From contig JAFGQU010000017.1 in the NCBI GenBank assembly GCA_016935525.1, positions 9,559-73,558 on the forward strand: a DNA stretch of 64,000 nt. The letters run 5' to 3'. The position numbers and the translations under genes were made by a program. The stretch is from Candidatus Omnitrophota bacterium. Lineage in GTDB: Bacteria > Omnitrophota > Gorgyraeia > Duberdicusellales > 4484-171. This document shows positions 55,446-63,267 of this stretch, in pieces (positions within the stretch are counted from its first letter, which is position 1; every line of letters begins with the position of its first letter). The notes under the pieces are model-generated. The model was not told the DNA's origin. It did no database searches and saw only the letters and a list, made by a program, of their open reading frames with translations.

Positions 55446-55520
55446 GTCCAGAGTCCGTGGACCGTGGTCCATAGACCGCAGTCTATTCTCTATTGTCTAC
55501 TGACTATCGACTATCCGCTG
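55446..55520. repeat. family C solo element upstream of recA
   Basis: agtccagagtccgtggaccgtggtccatagaccgcagtc ... ctactgactatcgactatccgc. Confidence 0.65.
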
Positions 55521-55630
55521 TTCCAAGGGAACCTTATTATACCGTGCAAAAAATACAATGTCAAAAATCCAAAATAATGTTTATTTACAGTATTCAGGAG
55601 ATGGATTTTCACAGAACGAATACGTTTTAA

Positions 55631-55885
55631 ACCACGGAGGGCACTGAGACCACAGAGAGTATTCGAGGTTATTTCTCGTTATTTGAAAAAATCTGTAATG
55701 CTCAAATCGCTCATAGAGCGTTTTGATTCAAGGCACACAGGGCGTGGGAATAAAAAGATTATTTTATTTCTCCGCCCTGCGCGCCCTGAATTTCTCTGCG
55801 AGATATTTATCGCAGGGAAATTACAGATTTTCTCCTCTGTGTACTCTGCGCGCTCTGTGGTTGAATCTCTTTGGTACACACAGAT
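55631..55885. repeat. family G inverted arms enclosing a ~170-bp core
   Basis: Left accacggagggcactgagaccacagagagtat. Right ctcctctgtgtactctgcgcgctctgtggttgaatctctttggtacacacagatatc. Confidence 0.65.
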
Positions 55886-55911
55886 ATCTTAGATCCTCTA
55901 GTTTATAAGTT

Positions 55912-56523
55912 TTAAAACCTATGCTCTTTTTGAGAAAGAAGGCTTGTAATATTTTTATGATGACGGGCTACTATGAAAATAAATATAAAAAAACAAAACC
56001 CTTTGATCTCCCAGGGTAACGGCGTAAAAAGAGCGCTCACAAAAAATATCCCGGCAGCCGATAACGACGATAACGAAACGTATTTGAAACCGTAAAAAAG
56101 TAAAATCCAGGAAACGATACCGGCGCAAAGCGGAATTATCAGCACCGGAAATGGAACACATAACCCGCATATCCCTCCGGCACTGGTTGAGACCCCTTTA
56201 CCGCCTTTAAATCTTAAAAAAATCGTCCAGTTATGGCCGGCAACTGCCGCAAAAGTCACGAGCACATATATACCGATAGGACAATCTTTGGCCACTAACA
56301 TCAGTAACGGGACGACGATAAATCCTTTTAAAAAGTCCAGGATAAATACTAACACGCCCCATTTTTTCCCGATCACACGGGTCACGTTCGTCGCACCGAT
56401 ATTACCTGACCCGTGTTGACGGATATCCAGCCCGCCGACACCCCGGGCGATGAGATAACCGAAAGGAATACTTCCTACCAGATAGCTGATGACTAGAGCG
56501 ATTATGTACATAAGGATATTCAA
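55912..56523 (-). CDS. plsY: glycerol-3-phosphate acyltransferase PlsY
   Basis: GSGNIGATNVTR motif. Confidence 0.9.
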   Translation of the reverse strand: MNILMYIIALVISYLVGSIPFGYLIARGVGGLDIRQHGSGNIGATNVTRVIGKKWGVLVFILDFLKGFIVVPLLMLVAKDCPIGIYVLVTFAAVAGHNWTIFLRFKGGKGVSTSAGGICGLCVPFPVLIIPLCAGIVSWILLFYGFKYVSLSSLSAAGIFFVSALFTPLPWEIKGFCFFIFIFIVARHHKNITSLLSQKEHRF

Positions 56524-57068
56524 ATACGAGTGCGGGCCACTTCTTGATTAAGAGCTATGATCCCCCGGTGGATATATCCCAAGCCGGAAATCAACGTGAA
56601 CAGGATAGCAATACGCACCATCCATAACGAAAACGGCCATTCAAAAAGGATACACAAAATCGTCAACATCTGGAAAAAAGTAGTCAATTTGCCCCATAAC
56701 GTAGGATTGATCGGCGCGTCGATCTTCATGAAATGCAACACCCCGATGCCTAAGAGGATAATAAAATCCCGGCTCACGACTACCAACACAAATACCAGTG
56801 GTATCGGGAATTTCAATAAATACAGCACTACGCAGGAGGTAAGTAAAAACAGCTTATCCGCCAGGGGATCGATTACCTGCCCTATTTCTGATTTTTCCTT
56901 TTTAATACGAGCGGCAAGACCGTCGAGGAAATCGCTCAATACCGCCAGGATAAACGTTGCTATCGCAAAATATTTTAGATAAGGATAATTTTTCGAATAG
57001 ATAAGTAACGATACGAATACCGGGATCAAAATAATACGCAGTACAGAAAGTTTATCGGCTAAGCTCAT
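56520..57068 (-). CDS. pgsA: CDP-alcohol phosphatidyltransferase (PgsA-like)
   Basis: DFLDGLAAR ... DPLADK CDP-OH_P_transf motif. Confidence 0.8.
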   Translation of the reverse strand: MSLADKLSVLRIILIPVFVSLLIYSKNYPYLKYFAIATFILAVLSDFLDGLAARIKKEKSEIGQVIDPLADKLFLLTSCVVLYLLKFPIPLVFVLVVVSRDFIILLGIGVLHFMKIDAPINPTLWGKLTTFFQMLTILCILFEWPFSLWMVRIAILFTLISGLGYIHRGIIALNQEVARTRI

Positions 57069-57076
57069 ATACTATA

Positions 57077-57130
57077 GGTCACACGCTTGTCTATCGACAA
57101 GCAAGTCACAAGGTCACATAGTCACACGGC
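57077..57130. repeat. family A half-element with a perfect internal hairpin GCTTGTCtatcGACAAGC
   Basis: ggtcacacgcttgtctatcgacaagcaagtcacaaggtcacatagtcacacgg. Confidence 0.75.
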
Positions 57131-57185
57131 ATCTAAATTGCGTAACCGTAGGATGTAGACCGATACGGGTTTCGTTACCATTAGA

Positions 57186-57491
57186 TTAGTTGCTTTTATT
57201 GCCTATCAATTCAAGCGATGTCCCATCATACGGACAATATTCCAGAGAAGAAGTGAATCTTCTGCCGCAGACCGGACAGAATTTTTTCTCTAATTGTTCA
57301 CCGACTACCGCACCGGTCACGGCTCCCACACCGGCCCCGATAGCGGCTCCTTCGCCGGTATGTCCGGATTGGTGTCCGATAATCGCGCCTAACGCGCCGC
57401 CGGCAACGGCACCGGTTCCGGCTCCTCTTTGCACAGTAGTACATCCGGCTACAAGCATACAGATCAATACAAATAATGCGATTTTCTTCAT
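57186..57491 (-). CDS. glycine-zipper lipoprotein with C-terminal zinc-ribbon
   Basis: Start moved to MKKIALFVLICMLVAGC, which gives a lipobox. GxxxG-rich segment GAGTGAVAGGALGAIIGH ... and CPVCGRRF ... CPYDG. Confidence 0.55.
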   Translation of the reverse strand: MKKIALFVLICMLVAGCTTVQRGAGTGAVAGGALGAIIGHQSGHTGEGAAIGAGVGAVTGAVVGEQLEKKFCPVCGRRFTSSLEYCPYDGTSLELIGNKSN

Positions 57492-57554
57492 TGTCTCCTC
57501 CTCTTCTTGCCTGCTTCGCAGGCAGTCAGGCATCTGCCTTCGGCAAGTCACAAT

Positions 57555-57700
57555 GACACATCCCGCACCGAGATTTTTCTTATCCAGCGGGACCCCGCTG
57601 TATAAAAATATTATGGAACGGGGAGGTCACATAGGCACACGTATTCGGTTTCACGTGTGACGTGTGACGTGTGTCGTGTGACATGTGACGTGTTTTACTC
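57555..57700. repeat. composite family A element containing the AGCGGGACCCCGCT palindrome + TATAAAAATATTATGG sub-element
   Basis: 57560-57660 is about 85% identical to the reverse complement of the wecB insert. Right arm acgtgtgacgtgtgacgtgtgtcgtgtgacatgtgacgtgt. Confidence 0.8.
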
Positions 57701-58270
57701 CAGCATGGTGACCCGTTGAGGCGGCCACCAGATAAAAAGAGCTTTTCCGACCACATCCTGTTCGTCAACAAACCCCCAGAACCGGCTGTCTAAAGAAGCA
57801 TAACTATTATCACCTAACGCAAAATATTTCTCCTGGGGGACGACGATCACAGCGCCTTCTTTACCATAATCACCTTGATTATAATAAAAATTGCGGGCCA
57901 CCCGGGCATCAGTGACAAGGGTCCCATTACGGTACACATTGCCTTCTTTAATCTCTATGGTGTCTCCCGGTAACCCGATCACACGTTTAATATAGGCCTT
58001 TTTACGGTCATGAGGCGGGATAAAGACAATAATTTCGTCATGGACGGGGCTGCGCCATCCGGGGATACGTAACGGAGTAAAAGGGATCTTAGGGCCGTAG
58101 GTGACTTTTGAAACAAAGATCTTATCGCCCGGTTTGAGCGTAGGGACCATAGACGTAGTCGGGATCTTATAGATCTGGAAGAAAAACGTACGCAGGAATA
58201 TCGCGATTGCCGCGGCAATGACTATCGATTCGACCCATTCTCTTACAACACCTTTTTTTCTCGTTTCCAT
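57695..58270 (-). CDS. lepB: signal peptidase I
   Basis: SMVPTLKPGD and GDNSYASLDSRFWG boxes. Confidence 0.9.
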   Translation of the reverse strand: METRKKGVVREWVESIVIAAAIAIFLRTFFFQIYKIPTTSMVPTLKPGDKIFVSKVTYGPKIPFTPLRIPGWRSPVHDEIIVFIPPHDRKKAYIKRVIGLPGDTIEIKEGNVYRNGTLVTDARVARNFYYNQGDYGKEGAVIVVPQEKYFALGDNSYASLDSRFWGFVDEQDVVGKALFIWWPPQRVTMLE

Positions 58271-58324
58271 AATATAATAAGATTAACAAATAACTTCTAA
58301 AGGAGCAAGCAAATAATTCCTTAT

Positions 58325-58362
58325 TATAAGTCACAAGGTCACAAAGACACAAGGTCACATGT
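58325..58362. repeat. family A arm (left arm of cassette 6)
   Basis: aagtcacaaggtcacaaagacacaaggtcacatgtc. Confidence 0.75.
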
Positions 58363-58712
58363 CAAAGAGAATGATAAAATTTCCACAATAAAGCCCCGAC
58401 ATGTCTACGTAACATCTCTATTTCACTATATTTATCAGCATTCAAATATCCCATTTCACGGCAAAAATCCAATAGATATTCAGTCTCAAACAATGAGCCT
58501 AAAGCAATATTAACAAATTGCTTCAATTCTCTTTTACCCTGCCGGCCCGTCCCCTCGACAATATTTGTCGGAATAGATAAAACCGCTCGGCGCAATTGAG
58601 AAGTGATTGCATAAATTTCTTCTTTGGGAAATTGTCTAGTAAGAGCATACACCGTCTTAGCCAGTTCATTAGCTTTCTGCCAGGCTAATAATTTTTTATA
58701 CCCTTTCTCCAT
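58362..58712 (-). CDS. four-helix-bundle protein (PF05635/TIGR02436), copy 6
   Basis: 116 aa. About 78% identical to copy 1. Confidence 0.85.
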   Translation of the reverse strand: MEKGYKKLLAWQKANELAKTVYALTRQFPKEEIYAITSQLRRAVLSIPTNIVEGTGRQGKRELKQFVNIALGSLFETEYLLDFCREMGYLNADKYSEIEMLRRHVGALLWKFYHSL

Positions 58713-58747
58713 CGCCCAACTCCTTTCTTCTCCTGGGCGATCTCTGT

Positions 58748-58792
58748 ATTTTTCACATGTGACTTTGTGACTATGTGACGTGTGACCTTGAT
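58748..58792. repeat. family A arm (right arm of cassette 6)
   Basis: cacatgtgactttgtgactatgtgacgtgtgacctt. The reverse complement ends ...gtcacatgtg, like the left arm. Confidence 0.75.
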
Positions 58793-60588
58793 TACATTTT
58801 CAATACTTCCCAGAACGCTTCCTGAGGCACCGTTACCATACCGATCTGTTTCATCCTCTTTTTCCCTTTTTTCTGTTTTTCCCACAGTTTGCGTTTTCGG
58901 CTGATATCTCCGCCGTAACATTTCGCGGTTACGTTTTTCTTTAAAGCCGATACTTTTTCGGCAGCGATGATCCTTGCGCCAATACCGGCCTGAATACTCA
59001 CCTCATACATCTGACGGGGAATAAGTTCTTTCAACTTTTCTACTACCCCCCTGGCTTTCGTATACGCTTTCTCTTTATGGACTATCAGCGAGAACGCCTC
59101 AACCGGCTTCTTATTCAAAAATAAATCTATCTTCACGATTTCGGTTTTACGGTATCCGATAAATTCATACTCAAAGGAAGCATATCCTTTACTGGCCGAT
59201 TTAATCTTATCGTAAAAATCTACTATAATCTCAGCCAGGGGGAGTTCAAACACAAGGTTAATCCGGTCTTTCCCCAGATAATCGCTTTTAATAAATTCGC
59301 CGCGACGGGATTTTGCCAATTCACAAATAGCATCCATCGCGTCGATCGGAGTAAGTACCGTCGCCTGGATGTAGGGTTCAAACACTTCCGCGATCTCGGT
59401 CTCTCCCGGTAAATGATGCGGGCTGTCGACGTTGACAGTTTCTCCGTCGGTTTTTTTCACCTGGTACATTACGCTGGGAGAAGTAACGATCAAATCCAAA
59501 GAGAATTCCCGTTCCAACCGCTCCTGGACGATCTCCATATGTAAAAGGCCCAGAAATCCACAACGGAACCCATAGCCTAAAGCCCCGAGGCTATCCGGTT
59601 CAAAGACGAACGAAGAATCTGAAAGATGCAGTTTCTCAATCGCTTCCCGTAATTGCGGATAATCTTTAGGCGCCGTCGGGAAAATACCGCTGAATACCAT
59701 CGGCGACATCTTTTTATACCCTTCAAACGGTTTTTCGGTAGGGTTATCTTTTAACGTAATAGTATCGCCGACATCCACTTCCTGAGGATTTTTGATGTTA
59801 CAGCAAATATAGCCGACATCTCCGGCGCGTAATTCATTCTGTTTAAGCTGTTCGGGGACAAAAAAACCTACTTCTTCTACCCGATAGGTCGCGTTTTTAT
59901 GCATCATCAGAATAGTGTCGCCTACCGCGAGTTTACCGTCAAATACCCTGACAAACACTATCGCGCCTTTATACAGATCAAATACCGAATCAAAAAGGAT
60001 CGCTTTTAACGGTTTGGTTTCATCAGCCGCCGGTGGCGAGATCTCCTTGATGATCCGTTCCATCACCGCTCTTACTCCGGTGCCTTCTTTTGCCGAAACA
60101 TAGGTGACCTCTTCTTCTTTAAATCCGAAGATATCATGCAGTTCCTCAGCGGTCCGTTTACGGTTCGCACTGGGGAGATCGATCTTGTTCCCTACCGGGA
60201 TGATACGCAAATCGTTTTCCAGAGCAAGATAAAAGTTACCCATAGTCTGAGCTTCAATCCCCTGTGACACATCGACCAGCAATAGCGCTCCTTCACAGGC
60301 TTTCAATGATTTTGCTACCTCATAGGTAAAATCGACATGTCCCGGAGTATCGATAAGGTTGAGGATATATTCGTTCCCGTCATCGGCTTTGTAGGTAAAC
60401 CTTACGGCTTTAGCTTTGATAGTGATGCCCCGCTCTTTCTCCAATTCCATGCTATCAAGCATCTGATCGGTAAATTTACGCTTATCGATCGCTCCCACAA
60501 GCTCTAACATCCGGTCGGCAAGCGTAGACTTCCCATGATCAATATGGGCGATTATACAGAAGTTTCTTATGTCCGGACGATTACTCAT
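58792..60588 (-). CDS. lepA: elongation factor 4
   Basis: NFCIIAHIDHGKSTLADR G-domain. 598 aa. Confidence 0.95.
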   Translation of the reverse strand: MSNRPDIRNFCIIAHIDHGKSTLADRMLELVGAIDKRKFTDQMLDSMELEKERGITIKAKAVRFTYKADDGNEYILNLIDTPGHVDFTYEVAKSLKACEGALLLVDVSQGIEAQTMGNFYLALENDLRIIPVGNKIDLPSANRKRTAEELHDIFGFKEEEVTYVSAKEGTGVRAVMERIIKEISPPAADETKPLKAILFDSVFDLYKGAIVFVRVFDGKLAVGDTILMMHKNATYRVEEVGFFVPEQLKQNELRAGDVGYICCNIKNPQEVDVGDTITLKDNPTEKPFEGYKKMSPMVFSGIFPTAPKDYPQLREAIEKLHLSDSSFVFEPDSLGALGYGFRCGFLGLLHMEIVQERLEREFSLDLIVTSPSVMYQVKKTDGETVNVDSPHHLPGETEIAEVFEPYIQATVLTPIDAMDAICELAKSRRGEFIKSDYLGKDRINLVFELPLAEIIVDFYDKIKSASKGYASFEYEFIGYRKTEIVKIDLFLNKKPVEAFSLIVHKEKAYTKARGVVEKLKELIPRQMYEVSIQAGIGARIIAAEKVSALKKNVTAKCYGGDISRKRKLWEKQKKGKKRMKQIGMVTVPQEAFWEVLKM

Positions 60589-60611
60589 AACGCATTATAG
60601 TTGAAATAAAT

Positions 60612-60708
60612 AAGTCACAAAGTCACATAGACACATAGTCACACGTGAAAAAATATTAAATCTTAATACGTGTGTCGTGTGACATGTGACGTGTGACCTC
60701 CCTTTTAT
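60612..60708. repeat. family A solo hairpin between lepA and cmk
   Basis: agtcacaaagtcacatagacacatagtcacacgtg, loop 20 nt, acgtgtgtcgtgtgacatgtgacgtgtgacct. Confidence 0.8.
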
Positions 60709-61349
60709 TTTTGGGTGATATAGGAAGCTAACTTTTCGACGACCTGTTCGATCGATAATGAAGTGGTATCTATATACGTTACCCCTTCGGTTTTTTTCAA
60801 GGCCCCTACTTCACGGTTCATATCAGCATGGTCTCTCTTTTTTACTGACTCAGACAACTCTTCTCTAGAGAGCACGATCCCCTTTTGTTGTAGTTCTTGA
60901 TGCCGGCGCCCGATACGCTCTTCGATATCGGCATCAAGATAAAAACGGTATTCGGCACCGGGAAACACTACGGTAGTAATATCTCTTCCTTCAACAACAC
61001 AATCCCGGTTACTGGCGATAGTACGCTGGATTTCGACCATAACCTTCCGGGCACCAGGGTTAGCGGCAATCCGTGAAATCACATCGTTTATGTATGGCTT
61101 GCGGATCTCTTCAGTCACGTCTTCACCGTCAAGATACATGCGGTCATCTTCCATCTTTAACGATAAATTCTGAGCGGCATAACTGACTGCCTTTTCGTCA
61201 TTGAGGTCGATATCGTCACGGATACATTTAAGGGTCAGCGTCCGATACATCGCTCCGGTATCTAGATAGAAAAAATTTATTTTTTTTGCCAGGAGCCGTG
61301 AAACCGTAGTTTTACCCGAACCGGCCGGACCGTCAATAGCGATCAGCAT
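60705..61349 (-). CDS. cmk: cytidylate kinase
   Basis: IAIDGPAGSGKTTV. Confidence 0.9.
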   Translation of the reverse strand: MLIAIDGPAGSGKTTVSRLLAKKINFFYLDTGAMYRTLTLKCIRDDIDLNDEKAVSYAAQNLSLKMEDDRMYLDGEDVTEEIRKPYINDVISRIAANPGARKVMVEIQRTIASNRDCVVEGRDITTVVFPGAEYRFYLDADIEERIGRRHQELQQKGIVLSREELSESVKKRDHADMNREVGALKKTEGVTYIDTTSLSIEQVVEKLASYITQK

Positions 61350-61351
61350 AC

Positions 61352-62182
61352 TTACTTTAAAGGTTTTATCTTTTTATTCGCTTGTTGCAATGAAAAATAT
61401 ATCTGATTAATATGATTTTTTTCCAATTGGCCTTTAAATTCCTCTAACAAACGGATATAGCGAGTGAGATCTTTGATGAGGTTGTTACGATTCACAGAAA
61501 ATATGTCGCACCATAATTGCGGGTTTGAAGAGGCAATACGGGTCATCTCTCCGAAACTGGGGCCGGCAAACTCGTGGTAAGAAGTCGGGACGAGCTGAGC
61601 AAGAGTAAACGAGAGGATATGCGGCAGATGAGATACTGCCGAAAGCATCTTATCGTGAGTGAACGGATCTAAAAATTTCACTTTCGCTCCTAAGCTTATC
61701 CATAGTCTCTTTATCTTTTTAGTCGACCGGTAAGATTCCGGAGAAGTGATCACGCATAAGGCCTGTTTATAAAGATTTTTATCGGCGGATTCCGCTCCGT
61801 GTTTTTCACTTCCGCATAAGGGATGACAGCCGACAAAGTTTTGCGGATATTTTAACTGTTTTTGCGCGGCAAGAGTGATCGCATGTTTAGTACTGCCCAA
61901 ATCGATAATAATCGCATCTTTTTTAAGAAAAGAGCTGATTTTCTCAAGATATTCCTCGATCAGTGTCACCGGAAGGCTCAGGACGATCAAATCGCAATTC
62001 TTTGACACATCTTCTAATCGCTTCGTCACCTTATCGGCGATGCTAAGTTTTTTGAGCCTTTTAAACGAAGAGTCGCTGCGGGCAAAAGCCACTATTTCCG
62101 TATCGGGATGTTTTTCTTTTAACGCGAGAGCAAAAGAAGCGCCCATAAGCCCTGCCCCGATAATACCCACTCTCCTGAACAT
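61352..62182 (-). CDS. tyrA: prephenate/arogenate dehydrogenase
   Basis: VGIIGAGLMGASFALAL Rossmann motif and a PDH C-terminal domain. Confidence 0.8.
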   Translation of the reverse strand: MFRRVGIIGAGLMGASFALALKEKHPDTEIVAFARSDSSFKRLKKLSIADKVTKRLEDVSKNCDLIVLSLPVTLIEEYLEKISSFLKKDAIIIDLGSTKHAITLAAQKQLKYPQNFVGCHPLCGSEKHGAESADKNLYKQALCVITSPESYRSTKKIKRLWISLGAKVKFLDPFTHDKMLSAVSHLPHILSFTLAQLVPTSYHEFAGPSFGEMTRIASSNPQLWCDIFSVNRNNLIKDLTRYIRLLEEFKGQLEKNHINQIYFSLQQANKKIKPLK

Positions 62183-63199
62183 CTATACCGTCCTCCCTAC
62201 GGCCTGCGCGACCGGACGTAATTCCTGCATGAACTGATGGAATTTTTGCGGAAGTAATTGTTGCGGCCCGTCACTTAACGCCTGTTCGGGGGTCGGATGG
62301 ACTTCGATCAATAATCCGTCTGCTCCGCAGGCAATCGCGGCTTTTCCTAACGGCGAGGTTAACGCCCATTTCCCGGTTGCGTGAGACGGATCAACGATGA
62401 TGGGAAGATGAGTCACGTTTTTTATATAAGGAACCGCGCTGAGATCGAGAGTATTGCGGGTCGCGGTCTCATAGGTACGTATTCCCCGTTCACAAAGGAT
62501 CACATTAAAGTTTCCTTCAGAAAGGATGTATTCGGCGCTCATCAGAAACTCTTCTACTGTCGCGCATAAACCCCGTTTAAGGATAACCGGTTTTTTTGTC
62601 TGGCCGATCTCTTTCAATAAATTAAAATTCTGCATATTACGGGCTCCGATCTGCAGGATATCGGTATACTGAGTGACTAACTCCACATCACGCGGATCCA
62701 TCACCTCGGTCACCGTAGGGATATTGAATTCTTCGGAAACCCGTTTAAGGATCTTGAGCCCTTCCAATCCCAGCCCCTGAAACGCATAGGGTGAAGTGCG
62801 CGGTTTAAACGCTCCGCCTCTCAAGACTTTCGCTCCGCTTTCGATGACCGCCTCGGTAGCCACCCTTAATATTTCTTCAGATTCTATGGAACAAGGCCCG
62901 GCAATAACCGTAACGGTTTTTGTCCCGAAAGCTACCGTATCGGTTATCTGGATGATCGAATCTTCTTTTTTGAATTCACGCGACACCAGCTTGTAGGGCG
63001 CCAGGACCGGCATGACCTGTTCTACCCCGTCATATATCTCAAACGGCTGGATACGAACGATATCTTCATGTCCGATCACTCCGACAATAGTCCTTTCGAT
63101 TCCCCGCGATACCATCGCTTTTAATCCTAACTTTTCGATCCGTTCGATCACATGATTGATTTCCTGTTCGGTCGCGGTCTTTTTAAATACGATAATCAT
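62183..63199 (-). CDS. 3-deoxy-7-phosphoheptulonate (DAHP) synthase, type I-beta with N-terminal regulatory domain
   Basis: GPCSIESEE ... LRGGAFKPRTSPY ... DPSHATG motifs. Confidence 0.85.
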   Translation of the reverse strand: MIIVFKKTATEQEINHVIERIEKLGLKAMVSRGIERTIVGVIGHEDIVRIQPFEIYDGVEQVMPVLAPYKLVSREFKKEDSIIQITDTVAFGTKTVTVIAGPCSIESEEILRVATEAVIESGAKVLRGGAFKPRTSPYAFQGLGLEGLKILKRVSEEFNIPTVTEVMDPRDVELVTQYTDILQIGARNMQNFNLLKEIGQTKKPVILKRGLCATVEEFLMSAEYILSEGNFNVILCERGIRTYETATRNTLDLSAVPYIKNVTHLPIIVDPSHATGKWALTSPLGKAAIACGADGLLIEVHPTPEQALSDGPQQLLPQKFHQFMQELRPVAQAVGRTV

Positions 63200-63267
63200 T
63201 GGAATATCCTCCTTTGTGAATACGATTACGATGATTTTTAAATGATCACGGCGATTCTTTCCCCTTT

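Larger units (their letters stand above)
58325..58792 (-). mobile_element. IVS-like cassette 6 (family A arms) between lepA and lepB
   Basis: Arms 58325-58362 and 58748-58792. The leader ctcctttcttctcctgggcga is shared with cassette 1. Confidence 0.45.

Noticed and set aside
57190-57660. 156-aa plus-strand ORF.
   Set aside because: It is antisense to the well-supported glycine-zipper lipoprotein gene and runs through the repeat element. Its compositionally biased translation (PAP/TAP repeats) mirrors the Gly-rich sense strand.
4523-58792. Interpreting the four-helix-bundle genes as evidence of a 23S rRNA gene or a diversity-generating retroelement in this window.
   Set aside because: There is no rRNA sequence and no reverse-transcriptase ORF in the 64 kb. 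The family name reflects where homologues were first found, not the local context.
19198-60708. The GTCACA-type and other repeat arrays as CRISPR arrays.
   Set aside because: The units are 7-9 bp and abut directly, with no 25-40 bp repeats, no unique spacers and no cas genes. They are palindromic hairpin elements, not CRISPR.
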